NCBI GenBank assembly: GCA_019694295.1
Contig: JAIBCG010000005.1
Location: 5,080-69,079 of the forward strand
Direction: 5' to 3'
Length of the DNA: 64,000 bases
From: Saprospiraceae bacterium
Lineage (GTDB): Bacteria > Bacteroidota > Bacteroidia > Chitinophagales > Saprospiraceae
In this document: positions 1-7,628 of the stretch, one piece after another
Position numbering within the stretch: the first letter of the stretch is position 1
Layout: every line of letters starts with the position of its first letter
The notes under the pieces: model-generated
Told to the model about the DNA's origin: nothing
Database searches by the model: none
What the model saw: only the letters and a program-made list of their open reading frames with translations
Program-made: the position numbers and the translations under genes

Positions 1-477
1 ATTGCCATAATGCCCGATACCGCTTACAACACCTTTGATAAGGCGTTGCATGTGAGGGGTTTCAATATTGCCAAAACGCAGAGAATTTAAGGAAGCAATC
101 GGTCTGGCACCCATAGTAAATATATCTCTGTGTATGCCTCCAACACCTGTGGCAGCACCCTGAAACGGCTCAAGGGCACTTGGGTGGTTGTGCGATTCGA
201 TCTTGAATGCACACGCAAGCCTGTCACCTATATCTATTAGGCCGGCATTTTCTTCACCTGCGGCTACCAATAGTTTTTTACCATCACGAGGAAGTGTTTT
301 GAGATATTTGATTGAATTCTTGTACGAACAATGTTCTGACCACATTACAGCATAAATGCTGAGTTCTGTAAAATTGGGGTGGCGACCAAGGATTTGTTTA
401 ATTTTTTCAAATTCATCTTCAGTTAGACCAAGGTTTTTGGCGGTCACCAGATCTGGGAGTACATCATTCACTTGCAT
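1..477 (-). CDS. purL: phosphoribosylformylglycinamidine synthase subunit PurL, N-terminal part (gene runs off the left edge)
   Basis: Minus-strand reading frame open to position 1, with ATG at 477-475. My translation is [55 protein letters not shown]...[36 protein letters not shown]. This matches the conserved PurL N-terminus, including the SEHCSYK and ESHNHPS motifs. Confidence 0.9.
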   Translation of the reverse strand, partial: MQVNDVLPDLVTAKNLGLTEDEFEKIKQILGRHPNFTELSIYAVMWSEHCSYKNSIKYLKTLPRDGKKLLVAAGEENAGLIDIGDRLACAFKIESHNHPSALEPFQGAATGVGGIHRDIFTMGARPIASLNSLRFGNIETPHMQRLIKGVVSGIGHYGN

Positions 478-545
478 AAGTTATTTTTGAAATTTGCCAC
501 AAAAGTACATGCTTTTGACGGACTAATATTTATATCGGTCAGGTT

Positions 546-1178
546 TTATTTAATTAACTGGTTGACCCAAAGGAATAATACAAGATAAATCCATAGAATA
601 TCCAAAAAATGCCAGTATAAACTAAGTATGTTGAGCTTCAGTTTCTTGAACGGATCTGAAAAATATATGAGTACACTCACCGGTTCTTTCATGTTTTTCA
701 ATGCATTGAAATAAAAATTGAGCATAAATGGAAGTCCGCCGATGACATGCAGAAAATGCAATGCAGATAACATATACAAGTATGAGGCAAGATTATTGTG
801 TGTTATACTGATATTCGCTTCAAATAATGACTTCCAGGCTAGTATTTGAAGTAACAAAAATATAACAGTAAGCCCAATCGTGATGAGCAGATTATACTTG
901 TATGCTTCTGTGTCATCTTTTCTATAGCTTTGTTTTGCTCTCATGAGCGACAGACTACTTCCAAGCAATACGATCGTATTAAAAACGAACAATGCCGGTA
1001 CCTTTATTGGAGGCATCGAAGGTGCTACAATTCGGTTGTAGATATAGGCTGCAGTAAGGGAGAGAAAAAGCATTGTCATACCGACAATAAATAAGACAAG
1101 CAGAATCCTGTATGGATGAAATGTTAAATTGCGGTCAGAATCGGTAATGATATACCTGTCTTGTTTATATTTGTTCAT
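546..1178 (-). CDS. heme-copper oxidase subunit III family membrane protein (orphan)
   Basis: 210 aa with about five hydrophobic helices. The C-terminal LSLYWHFLDILWIYLVLFLW resembles the YWHFVDVVW signature of cytochrome c oxidase subunit III. No other oxidase subunit is adjacent. Confidence 0.55.
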   Translation of the reverse strand: MNKYKQDRYIITDSDRNLTFHPYRILLVLFIVGMTMLFLSLTAAYIYNRIVAPSMPPIKVPALFVFNTIVLLGSSLSLMRAKQSYRKDDTEAYKYNLLITIGLTVIFLLLQILAWKSLFEANISITHNNLASYLYMLSALHFLHVIGGLPFMLNFYFNALKNMKEPVSVLIYFSDPFKKLKLNILSLYWHFLDILWIYLVLFLWVNQLIK

Positions 1179-1247
1179 CTTGTTGGTTTAGGCAAGTGTT
1201 GTTTAACATCTGCCTGATAAAATTAGATTAAGTCAAAATTAAACGTA

Positions 1248-3482
1248 ATGAAGAAATTACTTATCATTTTTTTTGTTTTTGTGTCAAATTTTCTTCCAGC
1301 TCAAAATTTTAAAAGAATAGATATTCCATTCGCGGAGAATGGAAAGCAACTCGAGTACCCACTTACGGGAGGCCTCAATGCACCCCAGATATCGGGTGTT
1401 GACCTTAACCACGATGGTCTCACCGATTTGTTGGTGAATGACAGAATTGGTGGTGTGGCACTCGCCTTTATATACGACCAAAGCACAGAAAGCAAATACA
1501 AATTTGCCCCTGGCCTAACAAAATATTTCCCATCAACAGAAAACTGGGCATTGATGAAAGATTTTAACGGTGATAATGTGCCAGACCTTTTTACATATAG
1601 TATAGCTCCGGGTATAGATGGCATTACTCCTTACCGGGGCAAATGGGTGAACGATACACTGCAATTCACAATGATTACTTCTACAGGCGGCCCTTCACCA
1701 CTTATTTTACCATATTCGGTACCAAATGGATCTAAAGGAAATCTGTACGTAACCACCATCGACATACCTACATTCGCCGATATGGATAATGACGGCGACC
1801 TTGATATCATGTCATTTGACACGGGTGGCGGATTTATCAATTATTACAAGAACAACAGTGTTGAAAAAGGTTTTGGTAAGGATAGTTTAATTTATTCGCT
1901 TCATGATCAATGCTGGGGCAAGGTGTTCGAAGGGCTTTCATCCACCATATCGCTTTCGTCCGATGCTAATAAATGCTCGCAGGGCTTGTTAGGTGGCGGA
2001 GTACTTACCCGACATGTGGGTTCGACCTTGCTGGCTGTAGATCTGGATGGTGACGGTGATAAAGATATGCTTGTAGGTGATGTATCGTATGGCAATATTA
2101 CTGCATTGTTCAATACAGCAACACCACAAAATGCCTGGGTTACAACAAAGGATACTCTTTTTCCGCATTACAACATCCCGGTTATGTTTCCTGATTTTCC
2201 GGCGAGCTATACTGCTGATGTGCTTAATGACGGCAATGTGGATCTGGTTTTTGCAACGAACTCTACAGGAATAACCGAAGACCGCAATGTGTTTCAGGTT
2301 TACCATCCTCAACAGCCGGGTTTTTCGAATATGAAGAAATCTGATAAACCTTTGCTCACTGACCAGATGATAGACTTAGGTACAGGTACGCATCCTGCCT
2401 TTATAGATATAGACAATGATGGTGATATGGATATGATAGCCGGTACCTTCAATTCGTTTACAAACCTGACAGAGAGAAATGGTCATTTATACCTTTATGA
2501 AAACACAGGGACTGCAGATCAGGCGGTTTTCGAACTTGTGGACAGTGATTTTCTTGGATTTTCGGCATTCAGTAATTTAGATTGGGGTTTTGCACCAACA
2601 GTAGGTGACTTGGACGGTGACGGCGATGTTGATATTCTGACCGGCAGTGAAGATGGTATATTATATTATAATGAGAATACAGCCGGAGTAGGGAATGTAC
2701 CGGTTTTTGCAGCTACAGTTGTAAAATACAAAGATATTGATGTAGGCCAAGCGGCAAGTCCGTTTATTTTTGATGTAGATGATGATGGTCTGCCAGATTT
2801 GCTCATTGGTGAACGAAACGGAAATATCAATTTTTTGCCCAACCAGGGAAGTTTGCTGAATCCTCAGTTTGAAGCAAATGTCGATAAGGCACCGAATATT
2901 AATTATTTTGGAAAGGTGGACACAAGGCAGCCAGGCTATGCGAGTGGATATTCGTCGCCGGTATTGTTTAGAATCAACGATAAACTGCATCTGTTGACGG
3001 GTTCACTCAGTGGAGGTATTCAACTTTACAATGATATAGAGAATAATTTTACCGGAAAATTCACGACAGTAACAAAGCAACTTGGCAACATCAATGAAGG
3101 TGAAAGGACAAAACCAGTATTGACCAAACTGATAAAGGGCGATTATTACAATATGGTTGTTGGCAACATGCGTGGTGGATTCGGAGTATTTGGCACCAAT
3201 ATTTCTACCAAAACTACTGCTGTTAAAAATCTGCTAACCCAGGCAAGTATCAGACTAATGCCAAATCCGGTAGAAGCGTACATCAATATTATGTCACCTG
3301 ATATCACCGACCTACGTTCATTTGATGCTTCAATATTTGATATGCAAGGTAGGCAATGGTACTCGATGAGCATCATACCTAATATTCAACAGATAGATGT
3401 GTCGGCATTGCCATCGGGTATGTATTTTATACATCTGCGTTCATTAACAGACTCGCGGGTATTGAAGTTTGTAAAAAATTGA
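1248..3482 (+). CDS. FG-GAP/VCBS-repeat secreted protein with T9SS type A C-terminal sorting domain
   Basis: Signal peptide MKKLLIIFFVFVSNFLPAQ. Repeated DxDGDGDxD(I/M)(L/I) motifs (DLDGDGDKDMLVG, DIDNDGDMDMIAG, DLDGDGDVDILTG, DVDDDGLPDLLIG). C-terminus LMPNPVEAYINI...GMYFIHLRS...LKFVKN is typical of T9SS CTDs. Confidence 0.8.
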   Translation: MKKLLIIFFVFVSNFLPAQNFKRIDIPFAENGKQLEYPLTGGLNAPQISGVDLNHDGLTDLLVNDRIGGVALAFIYDQSTESKYKFAPGLTKYFPSTENWALMKDFNGDNVPDLFTYSIAPGIDGITPYRGKWVNDTLQFTMITSTGGPSPLILPYSVPNGSKGNLYVTTIDIPTFADMDNDGDLDIMSFDTGGGFINYYKNNSVEKGFGKDSLIYSLHDQCWGKVFEGLSSTISLSSDANKCSQGLLGGGVLTRHVGSTLLAVDLDGDGDKDMLVGDVSYGNITALFNTATPQNAWVTTKDTLFPHYNIPVMFPDFPASYTADVLNDGNVDLVFATNSTGITEDRNVFQVYHPQQPGFSNMKKSDKPLLTDQMIDLGTGTHPAFIDIDNDGDMDMIAGTFNSFTNLTERNGHLYLYENTGTADQAVFELVDSDFLGFSAFSNLDWGFAPTVGDLDGDGDVDILTGSEDGILYYNENTAGVGNVPVFAATVVKYKDIDVGQAASPFIFDVDDDGLPDLLIGERNGNINFLPNQGSLLNPQFEANVDKAPNINYFGKVDTRQPGYASGYSSPVLFRINDKLHLLTGSLSGGIQLYNDIENNFTGKFTTVTKQLGNINEGERTKPVLTKLIKGDYYNMVVGNMRGGFGVFGTNISTKTTAVKNLLTQASIRLMPNPVEAYINIMSPDITDLRSFDASIFDMQGRQWYSMSIIPNIQQIDVSALPSGMYFIHLRSLTDSRVLKFVKN

Positions 3483-3488
3483 AAAAAA

Positions 3489-4823
3489 TTAATTTTTTCC
3501 TAACATGTTTGGGTTAAATCCGCGCATTCCCTGGCCTTTGCTGAAGGTGTGCATCATTTTTTTCATTTGTTCAAACTGTTTGATAAACTGGTTGACTTCA
3601 TGGATGCTTTTGCCGCAACCTCTTGCAATACGGTTTTTTCTGCTCATATTGAGTAAGTCCGGATTGCCGCGCTCTTCAATCGTCATGGATTGGATGATGG
3701 CTTCTACCTTTGAAAAAGCTGAGTTGTCAATATCCAGGTCTTTGGTTATTTTGCTCATGCCCGGTATCATTCCCATGAGTGATTTGAGGTCACCCATTTT
3801 TTTAATCTGATTAAGCTGAACCATAAAGTCGTTGAAGTCAAATTTGTTTTTCTTGATTTTGGCTTCAATTTTTTTAGCTTCTTTTTCGTCAAACTCAGAT
3901 TGGGCTTTTTCTACAAGTGAAACAATGTCACCCATGCCGAGAATACGTTGTGCCATACGGTCAGGATAGAATACATCGAGTGTTTCCATCTTTTCGCCCA
4001 TCGACACAAATTTTATAGGTTTGCCTACCGTGTATTTTATAGACAAGGCAGCACCACCGCGTGTGTCGCCGTCGAGCTTTGTAAGCACAACACCGTTATA
4101 ATTGATACGATCGTTGAAGTTTTTGGCAGTATTCACTGCGTCTTGTCCGGTCATGGAGTCAACGACGAAAAGTGTCTCTTGTGGTTGAAGATTGTTCTTG
4201 AGTGATTCGATCTCTGCCATCATGTCTTCATCTATAGAGAGACGGCCGGCAGTATCCACTATTACTACATCATATCCATTTGCTTTTGCGTGTTTTACAG
4301 CATTCTGGGCTATTTCGAGTGGGTTCTTGTTTTCGGGTTCTTTATAAACTGTTACATGAGTCTGTTCTCCAAGTACGGTTATCTGGTCAATAGCTGCAGG
4401 ACGATAAACATCGCATGCTACGAGTAAGGGTTTCTTTGATTTTTTGTTTTTTAGGTAATAGGCCAGTTTTCCGGAGAATGTCGTCTTTCCACTACCTTGA
4501 AGCCCTGCGATAAGTACTACAGCAGGTGCACCTTTAATATTGATACCTGCAGATTGGCCACCCATGAGTTCAGTGAGTTCATCCATCACTATTTTTACCA
4601 TGAGCTCGCCCGGCTTTACCGATTTCAGGATGTTTTGAGTGCCGAGTGCTTCATCTTTGATTTTGTCGGTAAATTCTTTGGCTATCTTGTAGTTAACGTC
4701 AGATGCCACAAGGGCACGTCTGATTTCCTTTATTGATTCTGCAACGTTGATTTCTGTAAGACGGCTGTCACCTTTAATGGTCTTAAACGCCAGGTCTAAT
4801 TTGTCGGAAAGATTATTGAACAT
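3489..4823 (-). CDS. ffh: signal recognition particle protein Ffh
   Basis: 444 aa with the SRP54 G-domain motifs GLQGSGKTT, DTAGR and TKLDGD, plus a Met-rich M domain (MGMIPGM). Confidence 0.95.
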   Translation of the reverse strand: MFNNLSDKLDLAFKTIKGDSRLTEINVAESIKEIRRALVASDVNYKIAKEFTDKIKDEALGTQNILKSVKPGELMVKIVMDELTELMGGQSAGINIKGAPAVVLIAGLQGSGKTTFSGKLAYYLKNKKSKKPLLVACDVYRPAAIDQITVLGEQTHVTVYKEPENKNPLEIAQNAVKHAKANGYDVVIVDTAGRLSIDEDMMAEIESLKNNLQPQETLFVVDSMTGQDAVNTAKNFNDRINYNGVVLTKLDGDTRGGAALSIKYTVGKPIKFVSMGEKMETLDVFYPDRMAQRILGMGDIVSLVEKAQSEFDEKEAKKIEAKIKKNKFDFNDFMVQLNQIKKMGDLKSLMGMIPGMSKITKDLDIDNSAFSKVEAIIQSMTIEERGNPDLLNMSRKNRIARGCGKSIHEVNQFIKQFEQMKKMMHTFSKGQGMRGFNPNMLGKN

Positions 4824-4871
4824 GAATGGATATGAATTTTAGCCTGCAAAGTTAATGCTTTTTATGAAATA

Positions 4872-5040
4872 TTTTAACTCATATAACGCATTAGGCTTTT
4901 TACTGCGAATAATTATTAGTTCAAATCCATTGCTAAAGCTCTGAAACCATAGTTCACTATACTTTTATCTCTCTTTTCTGGATTATTTGCAATAATCATT
5001 TTCGTTTAAATCCCTAATGCGTTACCGGGGTTTGATAAAT
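4872..5040 (+). mobile_element. MITE-like intergenic repeat, copy 1
   Basis: Perfect 12-bp terminal inverted repeat TAACGCATTAGG (4884-4895) / CCTAATGCGTTA (5013-5024). By-eye alignment gives roughly three-quarters identity to 24471-24622 and, in reverse orientation, to 53708-53866. No ORF inside. Confidence 0.6.
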
Positions 5041-5083
5041 CTACTACTTAATGGTTCAAAAAATGCTGAAAAAAATGTGTCAC

Positions 5084-5153
5084 AACATCTCACTTTTCAC
5101 TTTTCACTTTTCACTTTTCACTTTTCACATCTCACTTTTCACTTTTAATTTTT
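5084..5153 (+). repeat. 7-bp tandem repeat array (CACTTTT)5-CACATCT-(CACTTTT)2-AATTTTT
   Basis: Read directly from the sequence. Five perfect CACTTTT units at 5091-5125, one variant unit, then two more perfect units at 5133-5146. Confidence 0.95.
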
Positions 5154-5162
5154 AATTGAATG

Positions 5163-5225
5163 CGCGTGAAGGATAGAAGCCGGCACAACGTAAGGCGGAT
5201 AGCCTGACCCGACAGGGGCACGCCC
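5163..5225 (+). repeat. 62-nt GC-rich conserved core, copy A (candidate structured RNA/DNA element, function unknown)
   Basis: GCGTGAAGGATAGAAGCCGGCACAACGTAAGGCGGATAGCCTGACCCGACAGGGGCACGCCC recurs at 35554-35615 with 57/62 identity. About 65 percent GC by my count, set in AT-rich spacer. Confidence 0.85.
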
Positions 5226-5227
5226 TG

Positions 5228-5340
5228 ATTAAACCCCGATGACGCATTATCTTCTTTGGAGCAAATAGCTTAAAGTCTTCGATAAGTGAATGTACTGCGA
5301 ATTATTCCGATTTGAAATAGAAATAAACCTAAGCATACTT
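5228..5340 (+). mobile_element. MITE-like repeat, diverged or rearranged copy 1b
   Basis: Left end ATTAAACCCCGATGACGCATT matches the extended terminal repeat of the family. The internal block TACTGCGAATTATTCCGATTTGAAAT matches TACTGCGAATAATTATTAGTTCAAAT of copy 1. The remainder aligns poorly. Confidence 0.4.
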
Positions 5341-5378
5341 GAAAATAATCGAACAAAATTCTGCGTTTAAAGTTAATT

Positions 5379-6860
5379 ATGGTAAATATCAAAATGGCAC
5401 TACCCGGCATCCAAACTCTCGGTCAGCTCAAAACATCCGGATATAAAAGCGTCTCGATAAAAGACGAAATGAGAAATAATCTGATTCAATTCCTGAAATC
5501 CGGAAAGTCACCGTTCGAAGGTATTTTTGGTTTTGATGATACCGTTATTCCTGATATTGAAAGGGCTGTGCTTTCACGTCACAATATACTACTGTTGGGT
5601 TTGCGAGGTCAGGCAAAAACCAGAATAGCAAGGCTTATGGTCAATCTTTTGGACGAATACATTCCGGTAGTAAAAGGAAGCGAACTCAATGACGACCCGC
5701 TTAAACCGGTAAGCCGCTATGCTAGAGAACTCATAGCCCAGCTTGGAGATGAAACGCCCATAACCTGGGTACACCGCAATGAACGATATGTAGAAAAACT
5801 TGCTACTCCTGATGTGACAGTTGCTGATCTTATAGGTGATATTGACCCAATCAAAGCGGCTTCACTCAAACTGCACTACAACGATGAGCGAGTCATTCAT
5901 TTTGGGCTCATCCCAAGATCTAACCGATGTATTTTTGTGATTAATGAACTGCCCGACCTGCAGGCGCGTATTCAGGTATCGTTGTTTAATATACTTCAGG
6001 AAGGTGATATACAGATAAGAGGATTCAAACTCAGACTACATCTCGATATTGAAATGGTTTTTACGGCCAATCCTGAAGATTATACCAACAGAGGTAGTAT
6101 CACCACGCCACTCAAAGACAGGATAGATAGTCAGATACTTACCCATTATCCGGAATCAATCGAGGTAGGAATGAAGATTACCGCTCAGGAGTCAAAACTC
6201 ACAGTTGACCAAACTAAAAATATTCATATAAGGCAGGAAATAAGACGGCTTATAGAATTGGTAGCATATAAAGCCAGAAGTTCAGAATTAATTGATGAAA
6301 AAAGTGGTATTTCTGCACGTCTTGCCATTTCAGCATTAGAGAATATTGTCAGTACAGCGGAGCGCAGAATGCTTATAAATAATGAAGCCGGTACGGATGT
6401 GCGTATTGGGGACATTTGGGGCATCATCCCCTCTATGACAGGTAAGATGGAACTCGTATATGAAGGCGAACAGGAAGGACCGTATTCGGTCGCACAGGAT
6501 ATTATTGACGAAGCCATCAAAGAACTCTTTCTTGAATATTTTCCTAATCCGGAAGCATTAAAAAAAGCCGGAGAGAAAGATCCTTATGCGACTGTCAAAA
6601 AATGGTTTGGCCAAGCATATACCATCGAATTATTGCTAAGTGAACCCGATGCGGCATTGAAAGACAAGCTGTTGTCAGTGAGCGGTGTTCAAGAATTACT
6701 CAGGGCGCAAAAAGTTGATAAAAAAGACGAAACATTTTTCGGTGAATTACTGTTACATGGACTTGCAGCATTCGAAGTCATAACAAAAGAATTGATTGAT
6801 AACCAGATCACATTCAGCGACCAATTAGCAGATTTTTTAAATGATTTAAACGATAATTGA
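5379..6860 (+). CDS. AAA+ ATPase, Mg-chelatase ChlI/MoxR-like family
   Basis: 493 aa. Walker A-like LLLGLRGQAKTRIAR, Walker B-like CIFVINELPDL, and an overall ChlI-like layout. No VWA or chelatase partner gene is nearby. Confidence 0.65.
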   Translation: MVNIKMALPGIQTLGQLKTSGYKSVSIKDEMRNNLIQFLKSGKSPFEGIFGFDDTVIPDIERAVLSRHNILLLGLRGQAKTRIARLMVNLLDEYIPVVKGSELNDDPLKPVSRYARELIAQLGDETPITWVHRNERYVEKLATPDVTVADLIGDIDPIKAASLKLHYNDERVIHFGLIPRSNRCIFVINELPDLQARIQVSLFNILQEGDIQIRGFKLRLHLDIEMVFTANPEDYTNRGSITTPLKDRIDSQILTHYPESIEVGMKITAQESKLTVDQTKNIHIRQEIRRLIELVAYKARSSELIDEKSGISARLAISALENIVSTAERRMLINNEAGTDVRIGDIWGIIPSMTGKMELVYEGEQEGPYSVAQDIIDEAIKELFLEYFPNPEALKKAGEKDPYATVKKWFGQAYTIELLLSEPDAALKDKLLSVSGVQELLRAQKVDKKDETFFGELLLHGLAAFEVITKELIDNQITFSDQLADFLNDLNDN

Positions 6861-6862
6861 TT

Positions 6863-7477
6863 ATGATGATTGAAGTACATCCAAAGAACCCGGAGCCGGG
6901 CAAAATCCAGAAGATTGCAGAAGTATTAGAAAAAGGGGGAGTGATTATTTACCCGACAGACAGTGTTTACGCACTTGGATGCGATCTGTTGAACAAGTCT
7001 GCTATAGAGCGGATAGTGAAAATACGGGGCGAGAAAGTCAAGAAATTTGACCTTACGTTTATATGTAGCGATATATCCATGGCATCCGATTACATCAAGC
7101 CTATTGACACAGCTACTTTTCGTGTAATAAAAAGGAATACACCCGGAGCATTTACATTTGTAATGGAGGCGAGCAATAAAGTCGGTAAAATGATAGAAAA
7201 ATCGAAAAAGGAAGTCGGTATCAGAATTCCCGGCAACCCGGTTGCCCTTTCAATCATCGAAGAGCTTGGCAGACCAATTCTTTCCATTTCACTTAAGGCA
7301 AGTGAAGACGAAGATGACAGCTACCTGATAGACCCGGTTGACATCGAAGAAAAATTCAAACACTTGGTGGATGTAATTGTTGATGCAGGTTTGGGTACTT
7401 ACGAGCCAACAACCGTAGTAGATGTAGAGAACGATTTTTCAATAATAAGGCAAAGCGAAGCACAATTAGACGTGTAA
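6863..7477 (+). CDS. tsaC: L-threonylcarbamoyladenylate synthase, YrdC/TsaC family
   Basis: YrdC-domain motifs YPTDSVYALGCD and GIRIPGNP. About 204 aa from the first ATG at 6863. The ORF track begins at a TTG at 6857. Confidence 0.8.
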   Translation: MMIEVHPKNPEPGKIQKIAEVLEKGGVIIYPTDSVYALGCDLLNKSAIERIVKIRGEKVKKFDLTFICSDISMASDYIKPIDTATFRVIKRNTPGAFTFVMEASNKVGKMIEKSKKEVGIRIPGNPVALSIIEELGRPILSISLKASEDEDDSYLIDPVDIEEKFKHLVDVIVDAGLGTYEPTTVVDVENDFSIIRQSEAQLDV

Positions 7478-7628
7478 AATTTTTTTGGAAGAAATATTAG
7501 ATTCGGGTGGTTTGGTTAAAATGTATTAATCTGCCTCCCGAATTTTTATTTTGGAAAAGCTTAAAAAATTTACATTTATTCGGATTAGCTCGTATTTTTG
7601 TCTGTTCTTAAAATTTTACAAATCGCTT

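Noticed and set aside
3476-3500. AAAAAATT...AATTTTTT palindrome between the convergent FG-GAP and ffh genes as a bidirectional terminator
   Set aside because: The stem is A/T only and would be very unstable. It is not convincing as an intrinsic terminator.
5084-5153. Possible miniature CRISPR array, because of regularly spaced short repeats
   Set aside because: The units are contiguous 7-mers with no spacers. The array is far too short and no cas genes are present. It is a simple tandem repeat.
5163-5225. Possible SRP (4.5S) RNA, because it lies next to ffh and contains GAAGGA...AGCC words reminiscent of SRP RNA domain IV
   Set aside because: A near-identical second copy exists 30 kb away. 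The flanks do not form the long hairpin with symmetric and asymmetric loops and a GNAR tetraloop expected of SRP RNA.
7551-7628. TTG-initiated N-terminal extension of the TonB-dependent receptor in the ORF track
   Set aside because: The ATG at 7629 is followed directly by a canonical signal peptide ending in AQ. The upstream 26 codons look like non-coding leader.
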